DNA of 64,000 nt from the human T2T-CHM13v2.0 reference genome, Homo sapiens: assembly GCF_009914755.1 (NCBI RefSeq), contig NC_060944.1, one strand, 5' to 3'. The translations under genes were made by a program, and so were the position numbers. Of the stretch, positions 28,525 to 53,904 are shown in pieces. A model generated the notes under the pieces. The model was not told the DNA's origin, made no database searches, and saw only the letters and a list, made by a program, of their open reading frames with translations. The stretch's first letter is position 1. Each line of letters begins with the position of its first letter.

Positions 28525-28980
28525 TCAGTTGCCCGCAGGGCGGCTCCACGCTAGCTGCGGCCGGGCGGGGCGGCAGGGCGTGCCGGGTGGGAGGGGGCGC
28601 GGCGCGCGGGCCCGGCGGGGGCGGGGGCGGGGGCGTGGAGGGGGCGCGCGCACCGAGAGCGGATGGGGGCGTTGGGAGCGGCTGGAGTTGGGGGTCGGCG
28701 CACGGCCACAGGGACCCCACTTCTTAAGCTGCGAGGCCGCCGGACCGGATGTTGGGAGCGCGTGTCCGCAGGGTGAGGGTTGCCACAGCGCCGCCCGGCC
28801 TCGTCCTCAAGCCCGGCATCATAGAGCGGGGCTCTGCGCGGCGCCCCCCGGCCACGCACACGGACGCGCCCGGGGGCGGAGCCTCTCCCAGCCCGGCCCC
28901 GCCCCTCCGCCTCTGCCCGCCCCGCCCCGCCCGACCAGCCCCGGCCTCCAGCGAAGTCTTCCGCTCCGGCGTCAGGATCC

Positions 28981-29020
28981 AGCGCACCTCCCCAGTACCC
29001 AGCGCACCTCCCCAGTACCC
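28981..29020 (+). repeat. Perfect 20-bp tandem duplication in promoter
   Basis: AGCGCACCTCCCCAGTACCC x2. Confidence 0.95.
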
Positions 29021-29517
29021 GGCTCGCTTCCCTGTTCTCCGGAACGGTGTCTTCCCGCTTCCTGGTCATCAATTCCGCACCCACCCTTCAAACATCCAAT
29101 AGATTCCTAGCCGGCCTCGGGTTAGCGCAGCAGTGCGCACCCAGCCCTGCGCAGGGCATGAGCGTTAGAGGCGCACAGGATCCCAGAAGACCCCTAACCT
29201 TTACTGTTAAGATCCTAGCTCTACCGGTTTCTGCAGGGACATGTACAAGAAACTTGGGAAATACTGCACTGATAGTTGCCAGGAGTCCTGTATATACAGG
29301 ACGTATTTAATGATTATTGGCCTGCGTCCTTCGTTGACCTCGTCGGAATGCCTTAAATGTCCTGTATTCATCTTTTTACACTAAATTGCAATAATTAGAG
29401 CTATTTTTCTCCCACAGTAATTGGTGCTAGATCACTTAAATTACAACACTGGCTGAAAATCCTTCCTACACTAATGAAGATTTGGACAATCCCTATGGTG
29501 TCTCCTTCAGGTTTGGC

Positions 29518-30630
29518 TGAGGGAAGACCAGAAGGGAGTAGGAATTTAAAGTGCTCGTCTTTCATATTCAAGAAAGGAAAATACTTTTTTAGCTCAAGTC
29601 CGGAGTCGTGAACAAATAACCACCATTATTTAGAGATAACTTCTCGTCGGTGCAGCAGCTCTGAAAATCAGCCAATCAGCGATAGCCTCACTCCGGTAAC
29701 TATGCTTCTTAGTAAATCAATGACAACCCCACGCTTCTGAAAGTCAGCCAATCAGTGACCGCTCTAAGCCTCCGACAATAGCCAATCAACAAGTGCCTGA
29801 CACCAGCGACCAGGCTTCCGAAAGTCAGTGGGTACTCAGCTGCCGCACTCCACTTCTGATTCGGAAAGACAGCCAATCCCTGAAGGCGAATATTTCCAAA
29901 ACCATTTTTTTTTCTTTCCCAGACTGAGTCTCATTCTGTCGCCCAGGCTGGAGTGCAGTGGCGCGATCTCGGCTCACTGCAACCTCTGCCTCCCGGTTCA
30001 AGCGATTCTCCTACCTCAGCCTACCGAGTAGCTGGGATTACAGGCTCCCGCCACCACGCCTGGCTCATTTTTGTATTTTTAGTAGAGACGGGTTTTGCCA
30101 TGTTGGCCAGACTGGTCTCAAACTCCTGACCTCAGTTGATCCGCCTGCCTTGGCCTCCCAAAGTGCTGGGATTACAGGCCTGAGCCATCGCGCCCGGCCT
30201 TTTTTTTCTTTTTCTCCTTTTTTTTTGGAGACAGAGTCGCACTCTGTTGCTCAGGCTGGAGTGCAGTGGCGTGATCTCAGATCACTGCAACCTCTGCCTC
30301 CTGGTTCAAGCGATTCTTGTGCCTCAGCTTCCCAAGTAGCTGGGATTACAGGCCTGTGCCACCAAGCCTGGCTAATTTTTTGTATTTTTAGTAGAGACAG
30401 AGTTTCGCCATGTTGGCCAGGCTGGTCTTGAACTCCTGGCCTCAAGTGAATCGCCAGCCTTGGCCTCCCAAAGTGCTGGTATTACAGGCGTGAGCCGCGC
30501 CCGGCCTTCAAAACCTTTTATAAGATCAGCTCTGGCTTTGTTCAGAGAGGCTGTACCTTACAAGTACCGCTCTCCCTTGCAAGCAGAGAAGAAATTCACT
30601 TTTTTTTTGCATCAGATATTGAGTTCAATT
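29518..30630 (+). mobile_element. Old ERV-type solo LTR (family unassigned) with four CCAAT boxes, split by two Alus (- 29905-30199, - 30200-30506)
   Basis: Repeated GCCAATC units at 29672, 29748, 29782 and 29873. TTATAA at 30518 followed by an LTR-like R/U5 region. Alu TSD CAAAACC.TTT. Confidence 0.55.
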
Positions 30631-30888
30631 TATTGTTTTGTCCGAGTTCAAAGTTCACAGCTCAAGATTCAATTCCCAGTTACTATTTGGTATGAGTTTG
30701 GACTTATGACAGACGCTATGACACCGTCATGAGATTTATCAAATACAACTCTTTCAATTCTTTCTATGCTTGCAGTGATCAATTTTTTAGCTCAAGTCCA
30801 GAGTCATGAACAAGTAACCACCATTATTTAGAGATAACTTCCCATCGGTGCAAAAGCTCTGAAAATCAGCTCTAAAAACAATTCAACG

Positions 30889-32830
<1,942 letters not shown>

Positions 32831-33816
32831 TTGTGTTATCTATTTCTTTATTTGTGTATATGTGAATCCACAAATGCCAAATTGCAAGAGTGAATTTTAT
32901 GACAAATTTTCTGAAGAGTGTACATTTATTAAAGGAGAGAAAATCCATTTGCAGCTCTTTATGTGGTATGCAAGTATTTATTCAATATTGAAAATGGTGG
33001 AAAGACAGATATACATCAGCACATACTAACGGCTAAGCATAAAAGATGTGTGATTTTTGTACCAAAGGAATGGATAAAATGACAAATTTTAAAGATAAAT
33101 TCAGATTGAGAAGATAATCACAGCAAAGTTGTAATGGCCTCCCATACTGTCTGTTGTCATCATTCAGCTCAAGTCACTCTTTGAACATACCGCTACCAGT
33201 AGTATTTTCTAATGCCAATATTTCAAGCAAATTTTCAAATGCCAGGACAAAATCTACTGCAATAATTTGAGATGTAACGACTCCACTTACTACTGTTGCA
33301 GTGATTATCAAAGCTGTAAATGCCTTGCTGTTTTATAGCATAACCATGGATGTGAGTAATCACAGTGAAGAAAAGCTTTTCCTTTGCCTGTGCAACAGTT
33401 TCCTTGTGAAAAAGGCTTGCTTATGGGGCTATTTTGTGTAAAATCCCTTCCAGATGAGATTTCAGAAATGAACAAATTGTTGCAGAGATTCTCCTAATGA
33501 ATTAGGAGTTATTAAAAACTGTACAGTTTTTGATGGAAAAATACAAATAAAATATTGGTAGATGCTCGCACTATGTTTATTCAAAACTAAAGTAAAGCTT
33601 GACTGATGCTATGGAAGCTATTGACTGTCCTGCTCATATTCTGTGTAATGCTGCTCAAACAGCATATGATGTCTTTTCCATTGCCTTTGAAGCAACTGTC
33701 CTGAAATTATTCTTATGTCAGCGTTTATAATATTTGAACTGAACAATTAAGATATTTTTGTGATTTTGTTGGCATTTAGTATTCCTCAATTCTCTTGCAT
33801 TCAAAAAACCTGTTAG

Positions 33817-35139
<1,323 letters not shown>

Positions 35140-35417
35140 AAGAATTTTATTCTTTTATATGGATATTAATGAATACTCTTCTAGCATGGGAACAAGTGGA
35201 ATCCTCATATTTAGTGTTGAAGAAGAAAGGAATAAAAAATGATGATAATGCTCTTTTTTGTTGGGGGGGGCAGCATTTTTAAGTTATTGATCAAGAGATG
35301 AAACAATCCTGAAGAATAGAAAATCAAGTTGTGCCATGAAAGTTGGTATTTGCTTTAATGAACCAAATCTGAAGAGCAATTTTCAGGGTTGTTAACTTTA
35401 TCCTAGAATATGTTCTG

Positions 35418-38202
35418 TGTATTAGTCCATTCTTGCACTGTTATAAAAAATACCTTGGACTGGGTATTTTGTATTTTCTGTATTTTATGGACCTGCTACT
35501 TCAGGAAAGACTGGGTAATTTATAAAGAAAAGAGGCTTAATTGGCTCATGGTTCTGCAGGCTGTACAGGAATGACTAGGTAATTTATAAAGAAAAGAGTC
35601 TTAATTGGCTCATGGTTCTGCAGGCTGTACAGGAAGCATAGTGGCTTCTGCTTCTGTGGAGGCCTCAGGAAACTTACAATCATGGCAGAAGACAAAGGAG
35701 AAGCAGGCACATCTTACATGGCTGGAGGAGGAGCAAGAGAGAGAGGGGAAGGTGCTACATACTTTTAAACAACCAGATCTCATGAGCATTCACTATCACA
35801 AGTGTAGCACCAAGGGGAGGGTGCCAAACCATTCATGAGAAACCACGCCCACAATCCAATCACGTCCCACCAGGCCCCACCTCCAACACTGGGGATTACA
35901 ATTTGACATGAGATTTGGTGGGGACACAGATCCAAACCACATCACTTTTCCCCGGCCCTCCAAATCTCATGTCCTTCTCACATTTCAAAATACAATCATC
36001 CCTTCCCAACAGTCCCCTAAAGTCTTAACTCATTCCATCATTAACTCAAAAGTTCACCATCAAAAGCCTCATCTGAGACAAGGCTAGTCCCTTCCACCTA
36101 TGAGCCTGTAAAATCAAAAACAAGTTAGTTACTTCCAAGATACTGTGGGGGTACAGGCATTGGGTAAATAATCCCCTTCCAAAAGGGAGAAATTGGACAA
36201 AAGAAATGGGCCACAGTCCCCATGCAAGTCTGAAACCCAGAAGGGCAGTCATTAAATCTTAAAGCTCCAAAATAATCTCCTTTGACCCCATGTCCCACAT
36301 CTAGGGCACACTGGTATGAGGGGTGGGCTCTCAAAGCCTTGGGCAGTGCCACCCCTGTGGCTTTGCAGGGTTTAGGCCCTGAGGCTTCTCTCATGGGCTT
36401 CTGTTGAGTGCCTCTGGCTTTTCCAGGTGCAAGGTGCAAGCTCTCAGTGGATCTACCATTCTACTGCCTAGTGGAGGTGGAGGACAGTGGCTTTCTTCTC
36501 ACAGCTCCACTAGGCAGTGCTCCAGTGGGGACCCTGTGTGGGGACTCTGTGTGGGGGCTCCAACCCCACATTTCCCCTTCACACTGCCCTAGTAGAGGTT
36601 CTCCGTGAGGGCTCCACCCCTGCAGTATGCTTCTGCCTAGGCATCCAGGTTTTTCTATATAGCCTCTGAAATCTAGGCAGAGGTTCCCAAGCCTCAACTC
36701 TTACACTCTCTGCACCTGCAGGGCTAACACTACATAGAAGCCTTGGCTTATGGCTTATACCCTCTGAAGCAGCAGCCTGAGTTGTACCTGGGCCCCTTTT
36801 AGTTGTGGCTAAATCTGGAGTGACTGGGATGCAGGGAACAGTGTCCTAAGGCTGCACAGGGCAGTGGGGCCCTGGGCCTGGCCCCAAAAAAACATTCTTC
36901 CCTACTCGGCCTCTGGGCCTATAATGGGAGGGGCTGCCAAGAAGGTCTCTGAAATGCCTGTGAGGCCTCTTTCCCATTGTCTTGGATGTTAGCACTTGGC
37001 TTCTTTCAATTTTCCTGCCTCAGCCTTCTGAGTGGCTGGGACTACAGGTGCCTACCACCATGCCCAGCTAATTTTGGTATTTTTAGTATAGACAGGGTTT
37101 TGCCATGTTGGCCAGGTTGGTCTTGAACTCCTGACCTCAAGTCATCTACCCACCTTGGCCTCCCACAGTGCTAGGATTACAGGCATGAGCCACCACAACC
37201 CGCCTGGCTTCTGTTTTCTTATGCAAATTTATGCAGCCTGCTTGAATTCCTCCCCTGAAAATGGGCTTTTATTTCCTACCACATGGCCAGGCTGCACATT
37301 TTCCAAACTTTTATGTTCTGTTTCCCTCTTAAATATAAGCTCAAGTTTCAAGTCATTTCTTTGCTCACACATGTGAGCATAGGTTGTTAGAAGCAGCTGG
37401 GTCACATTTTGGAGGCTTTACTGCTTAGAAATTTCTTCTATCAGATGCACTAAATCATCATTTTCAAGTTCAAAGTTCCACAGATCCCTAGGGCAGAGGC
37501 ACAATGCATCCAACCTCTTTGCTAACACATAATAAAAGTGATCTTTGCTCCAGTTCCCAATAAATTCGTCATCTCCATCTGAGACCTCTTCAGCCTGGAC
37601 TTCACTGTCTGTATCACTATAAGCATTTTGGTCACAACAATTTCGCAAGTCTTTAGCAAGTTCCAAACTTTCCTTCATCTTCCTATCTTCTTCTGAGCCC
37701 TTCACATTCTTCCAACCTCTGTTGATTACCCAATTCCAAAGCTGCTTCCACATTTTCAAGTATCTTTATAGCAATGACCCAGTCCTTGGTAACAATTTTC
37801 TGAATGTTTCTTCTCACATCGCTATAAAGAAATACCTGAGACTGGGTAATTTATTTTAAAAAGAGGTTTAATTGGCTCACAGTTCTGCAGGCTATACAGG
37901 AAGCATGGTGGCTTCTGTTTCTGCGGAGGCCTCAGGAGACTTATAATCATGGCAGAAGGTGAAGGAGAAGCAGGCACATCTTACATGGCTAGAGCAGGAG
38001 CAAGAGAGAAAGAGGGGAGGTGTTACACATTTTTAAACAACTAAGTCTTGAGAGCACACACTCACTATCATGAGTACAGCACCAAGGAGAAGGTGTTAAA
38101 CCACCACTACGATCCAATCACCTCCCACCAGGCTCCATCTCCAACACTGGGGATTACAGTTTGACATGAGATTTGGTGGGGACACAGATCCAAACCATAT
38201 CA
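35418..38202 (-). mobile_element. Full-length MaLR provirus, MSTA-like: LTR 35418-35944, internal region, LTR ~37801-38202
   Basis: Two similar LTRs (TGTATTAGTCC...CAAACCA(C/T)ATCA) flank a MaLR-type internal region. 5-bp TSD TTCTG/TTCAG. An Alu fragment sits at ~37008-37207. Confidence 0.9.
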
Positions 38203-38641
38203 TTCAGTATGCAGCCTCATATTGCTAATGTTGAGCATGTTATCTAACTAATGAATGTGCAATGGACAACTGAAATAAGTTAGATATGACCATTGTTGAA
38301 GCTATGTTACAATGAAAATAACTATAGATTATATCTACAAGGAATTTTATAGGCAAATTTCAAAAACAAGAATCCTTAATTACAGTGGTCAAAAATATAA
38401 TTAGAGAAATATATAACTCAGATACTTATAATTTGTTTTGTATAAGCAAATAAATACTTTTAGTGAATGTCCCATGCAATAATTTTTATATCAACATACA
38501 TATGCATAGGCAATTAGGTGTAATTCTAATTTAACTGAGTCCTTGTATTTTTATTTGTTAAATCTGGTAACCCTAGTCATGGATGATCTGAGATATTGCA
38601 TGTAATCGTTAACAATGATCTTTTAAAAATAATCTGTGACA

Positions 38642-40965
<2,324 letters not shown>

Positions 40966-41283
40966 AGAGGAGAATGTGCTGGCTCTGATGTTCAGTGACA
41001 AGGGAACAGAGAGAGGTAGGAAGGCCTGAACCAGCCAAGAGACTTTACCTGAGGTAAAAATTCCTCTTCCTTCAATGCCTCAAATCAGGATCTTGAAGTT
41101 GGAAAATAATAAAAGCTTGTACAGATTCCACTTTGATTGTTTTTGGCAAGGCTATTTCATAACTACCTGTGGTGATCTAGAGGGTTTCTCAGAAGAAATG
41201 ACATTTGTGGAGGGAGTCCGGAAGCTGAGTGATAATGAAAGCTATAATTCAAAACCACACTAAGCACTCTTCATGTCATCCTC

Positions 41284-41815
41284 TGTGGTAGCCAGCCAAG
41301 ATGGCCCCCAGTGATCCTCAAGTCCTGTGTTCATGCCTTTGTATAGCCTCCCTCAATACTGAATCATGCCTGGCCTGTGACCAATAGAGTATGGCACACA
41401 TTGTGACTTCCAAGGCTTGGTCATGAAAGACATATGCAACTTCCTTTTGCTTTCTCTTGCATAATCTGTTCTAGACAAAGCAGCTGCCGTTTTATGAGGA
41501 CACTCAAGCAGCTCTATGGAGAGGCCCACGTGGTGAGAAACTGAGGCCTCCTGCCAAAAACCAGCATCAACTTGTCAGTCATGTGACTGAACCATCCTGG
41601 AAGCAGATCTTCCCACTCCAGTGAACCCTGCAGTTGATCACAGCCCCAGTGGATACTTTGGCTGCAGAGAGACCATGATCTAGAACCAATTAGCTAAGTT
41701 GCTCCTGAATTCCTGACTCACAGAAACTGTTTGATTAAGATAATAAATATCTTATGTTGTAACAAGTCACTAAATTTGAAGGTAATTTGCTATTCAGCAA
41801 TAGATAATTAATACA
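41284..41815 (+). mobile_element. MLT1 (F-like) LTR, followed by a MIR remnant (~41816-41915)
   Basis: TGTGGTAGCCAGCCAAGATGGCCCCCAGTGATCCTC...GCAATAGATAATTAATACA. Confidence 0.75.
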
Positions 41816-41967
41816 ACAGTTCTATAAGGTAAGAATGAGGTATTATCTCCACTATACAAATAAGGAAACAGCCTCAGAAAGGTTAGGTGACTTGCCCAAA
41901 TTAACTGTCAGAGAAGATTTTTTTCCCTTGACAAATAATTTACATTTTATGGCAATTTCCATGGAGA

Positions 41968-42735
<768 letters not shown>

Positions 42736-43299
42736 CATTTATTTCCATGGAGAAACAATAAAGAGAAACATCAAAACTCAGATGGCAAACCTCCTCAGCC
42801 CTTCCTGAACCTTTTTCCTCCCCAGCATTCCAACATTTCTCTCAAAAACTCTCAAGCCTGCCCAGCTTTACCTCTAGCCTCCCTCTTGCATTTCCCACTC
42901 AGCAAAGCAAAAAGGTGGCTGCATTCGAACTGAGTTTCGATTCCAGCTCTAACTTCAATGTCCATGTTCCTAACCACTCTGGTTCCCAGAAGGGTTTCTC
43001 TAGGAAGAAAAATAAGGGAAGGGCATTAGACGTAGAGAAAACAACAAATGCAAAGAAGCGAGGGTTTGACAGAATCTGGCTGCCTCTGAGGGAGTGGAGG
43101 GACAATGGTTCAGCGGGGCTAGAGAGCAAACTTCCTGGGAAAGGAGGTGGCAGGGTGAAGCAGGAAAGGAGTTCGTAGCCAGTGTGTAGAAACCCATAGG
43201 CCATGTCAACAATTTTGAATTTCTCTACAACAAAAAATTTTAGGCAGGGGAGAAAGTTGCTTGTGTCTGAATTTCCAAAAGACTCTTTAGGGAAAGAAA

Positions 43300-44088
43300 T
43301 CATTGTATTAAAAAGAGACTTGCACTGGAATATTTATTGCAGCACTGTTCACAATAATCACAAAGACAGGGGATCAACCTAAGTGTTTGTCAAAGGAGAA
43401 TTGGATAAAATGTAGTATGTGCATATACCATGGAATACTGTAATACTTAGCCATAGAAAAGAATGAAGTCATATCTTTTGCAGCAACATGGATGGAACTG
43501 GAGGCCATGATCCTAAGTGAAATAACTCAGGAACAGAAAGTCAAATGCCACATGTTCTCACTTATTAGTGGGAGCTAAATAATGTGTACATATAGACACA
43601 CAGAGTGGGATAATAGACATTGGAGACTACAAAAGGTGAGAGGGTGGGAGAAGGGTGAGGATTGAAAAATTACCTATTGGGTACAATATTCACTATTCAG
43701 ATGATGTGTACACTAACAGCCGAGACTTCACTGCTAAGCAATATATGCACGCAATAAAGCTGCACTTGTACTCCATGTATATATAATAGATAGTAAAATG
43801 TATTATATATTAAAAATGTATAATATATTAAACATATATAATATATTGTATATGTTATATATAACATATGTCATATATTATACAACATGTTAATCACATT
43901 AACATATAGTTATATATTATAATATATATTATCTAATATATTTTAATATATAATCTATAATATATTTTTATATAATTTGTTTTCCTAAATATATTTCACA
44001 TATATTTTATATAATTATGTATTAATATATAATATATATTTATTATTATATATAAATATGTGTTTATATATATTACATATATATTTTT
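43300..44088 (+). mobile_element. L1MA-like 3' end with tail expanded into AT-rich low-complexity sequence (~43780-44088)
   Basis: GCAGCAACATGGATGGAACTGGAGGCCAT...ATGTTCTCACTTATTAGTGGGAGCTAA, then degenerate (TA)n. Confidence 0.85.
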
Positions 44089-44099
44089 AAGACCATTCG

Positions 44100-44498
44100 G
44101 TAGCTTAGCAGACACTGTTAGTGCTCCTTGGCACTTACCATTTCCTTGCACGCTGGGTCAGGAGGCTAGAAGAGCTGGGGAATTAATGCCTGCTAGGAGC
44201 TGAGCTCTCAGTCAATGACTGAAGGAAGTTGCGTAAATACCCCAGCTTCTCACTTGTCAGGTAGGATAACTCTGGGACACACATTCTGTAGCTATTCTAA
44301 GGGTTTCCCAGCAGGATTAAGCTCCAGTTGCCCATTTGCTTGATAATGTGCAATCGACTGCTCTCCCTTCCTTGAATCTCTTCCCCACTCTGCTGCTCGT
44401 TTTCCTAGGATTACCTCCCACATAAGGTACTTGCACTCAAATCCTTACCTTAGGTCCACTACTGAGCAGCAGGAGGAGAGGGACTATGAACTAAAACA
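44100..44498 (+). mobile_element. LTR16-like (ERVL) LTR
   Basis: GGATTAAGCTCCAGTTGCCCA...CCTCCCACATAAGGTACTTGCACTCAAATCC. Confidence 0.65.
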
Positions 44499-44499
44499 G

Positions 44500-48250
<3,751 letters not shown>

Positions 48251-48265
48251 TACAAAAAGCTAATT

Positions 48266-49428
<1,163 letters not shown>

Positions 49429-49558
49429 AAATTTATAGAGGAAGAAATACAGATGGCTCAGGAAGAGAGGAAAATACATACAACCTAACTAGACACCAGG
49501 AGAAGGAAAATGGAAACAGCAGTGAGCTGCCTTTTTGCTTATTAAGTTGACCCAACCA

Positions 49559-51472
<1,914 letters not shown>

Positions 51473-52465
51473 TTGGTGTTAAGGCCATCCTGTCCAGATG
51501 GCCTTAACCAGCCAGGGTGTCAACCCCCAGCTGTTGTGAATTTTAGTTGCTCTCGGATCACAACTTCCCCTTTCTCCAGAGAACTGTTCTTGGTCTACAG
51601 CTGTCTGTCACCTTACCAAGAAATGTCGGGGAGGTTACACCTGTTCTAGGGGAGAGGAAGACAGCCAATGACTTACCAACAGAAGGTCAAAAAGCCCAGC
51701 TCTTGACTCAAGGGAGACATCCCTGGAGTACAATTCTTATTCCAATTTCCTGCGTGATCAGACTAGATTCCAGCTGAAACCACATTCTTCACTCCCTCCC
51801 TGATATATATGATTCATTCCTGCTCCCTTCCTTCCTATTTTCTACACTTGTCTCACTTCTTGACATGTTCCTCTTGAGAACATACTCTTCATAAATTATG
51901 TACACAAGAATCCCCATCTTGGGCTCTGCTTCTAGAGAACATGACCCAAGACAAGTCCGCAGTTACTGGGTAGCAAGGCAAAAAAAGTAAGTTTCAGTCC
52001 TGTCCAACGACCGTAGTCTAATGCTAAAATTTGGTCAGTCCTTTAGGTAATGCCTAGTCTCTGTGGTAGATTGGATATTGTTCCCAATTCTTCACTCCCT
52101 CCCTGATATACATTATTCATTTCCACCCCATTGACTTTGAACTTAGCTCTAAGACTGACTTTGGCCCATGGAATGTTAGTGGATGTGATGTGAGCCAAGG
52201 CTAAAAATGTGCCTGCGTGGTTTGGTTTGGCTCTTGTAATCCCATCTTCTGTTATATAAAGAGCATGTCACAGTCACTGCCGGTCCTAGAATGAGAAGAC
52301 TTGTGGAGTGGACTTGAATCCCGCTCACAGCCTTGAGCCAAGCCCAGCTGATTCTAGTTGAAGCCAGAGCCCCACAGCTGAACCTGCAACCTATGAGTAG
52401 AGAATCAACGCTTGTTGTAAGTCCTTTTATTTCGATGTAGTTATGCAGGAGAAGCATGACTAGTA
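51473..52465 (+). mobile_element. ERVL-type LTR remnant (LTR33/LTR16-like, to ~51952) and MLT1 LTR (~52063-52465)
   Basis: GCTCTGCTTCTAGAGAACATGACCCAAGACA end and TGTGGTAGATTGGATATTGTTCCCAATTCTTCACTCCC start. Confidence 0.55.
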
Positions 52466-52490
52466 GAGTCTTTTAAAAATAAATACTCAG

Positions 52491-52797
<307 letters not shown>

Positions 52798-53615
52798 TCA
52801 GATCTTTGGGTTTTTATACTTGTCCCATTTTCAGAGGGTGTCTGGATGAACAAGGAGAGGTGGGTTTATGTGTCTAGCTCCTACTTGCTGACGTCTGTCA
52901 CTGAGGAGATCCATCTTTTTCTGTTTGAGCTGGGTCTGATGACTTAGCCTCTCATTGGCTTTCGCTTGCCTTGTGGACACCTCTGAGTCCTGGTTCTGCC
53001 CCCTCTGTTCCCGTCCATGCTGATCAGTCCACTCAGCACCCTCTGCGGCCCCAGGACAGACCTACTGACTCTCAGCATTTGCTCTACCAAGGATCATAAC
53101 AGGAGGCCAGTCGAGGCTGTAACCCTGCTTAACCATTCTGCACATTACTCTTAACTGGATTCAAGCAGGGCCATTCTACATGGTGGCCTCCTTCCAGAAT
53201 CCCAAATATGGAATAGATCAAATGCCTCCTGCCCTTGAAGCCCAGTTGAATTATCAAACTACCTCTGCTTCTTCATGATTCAGTCTAGAACAGAGAGACT
53301 AGGGCCCATGTATTCCATAGTCATTCTCTGCTACCTCTCCCTCATTTTCTTCTCCATCATACCCTCAGGCCTAGGCCTAGGTTTTGAAAGCACACTATGG
53401 AAGAAATGCTCCAACCTCAGAGTCTTCATATGTCAAATGAAAACTAAAGGAATTTAGAAAACGATTTTCCTCTTGACAACATCTTGCTTTGGAGCCTATT
53501 GATTTGCAGTAAAACTCCATTGTGAATGTCCAAAGCTGCAAAAAAAAAAATTCCTCTTTGCTTATCCCCTGCAATATATCAAATCCTCCCCACCACCTTG
53601 ATGGAATGGATAAGT

Positions 53616-53890
53616 TGTGATAGACATAGAGATATGCGGCCCAGATCTCCCTTCAGGGAAGAACTTGCTGCCTGGCTGCAGAGAATGTGGTCAGTCCCTC
53701 CAAAGGTAGCCAGTGTGCAATGACTGAGTCGGGTGGAGGCATAAAGACCTCCCTCTTTGGGGTCAACATGGGACACTTTAATGAGCAATTCTCACTCAAA
53801 AACTCCCTGCCGTGTTGGCTGAAGCTTTATTAGGCCTGCATCACAGTTTAACTTCTTCCTCTCCCTAGTTTGGCTTCTGCCCCCTTCTTT
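53616..53890 (+). mobile_element. LTR16A-like (ERVL) fragment
   Basis: CCCAGATCTCCCTTCAGGGAAGAACTTGCTGCC...GGCCTGCATCACAGTTTAACTTC. Confidence 0.65.
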
Positions 53891-53904
53891 TCCATAATAA
53901 GCGT

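Noticed and set aside
36046-37759. ORFs in the MSTA internal region
   Set aside because: Fragmented MaLR internal ORF remnants, interrupted by an Alu.
43780-44088. AT-rich quasi-palindromic tract
   Set aside because: An ordinary degenerate (TA)n expansion of an L1 tail, not a long perfect palindrome.
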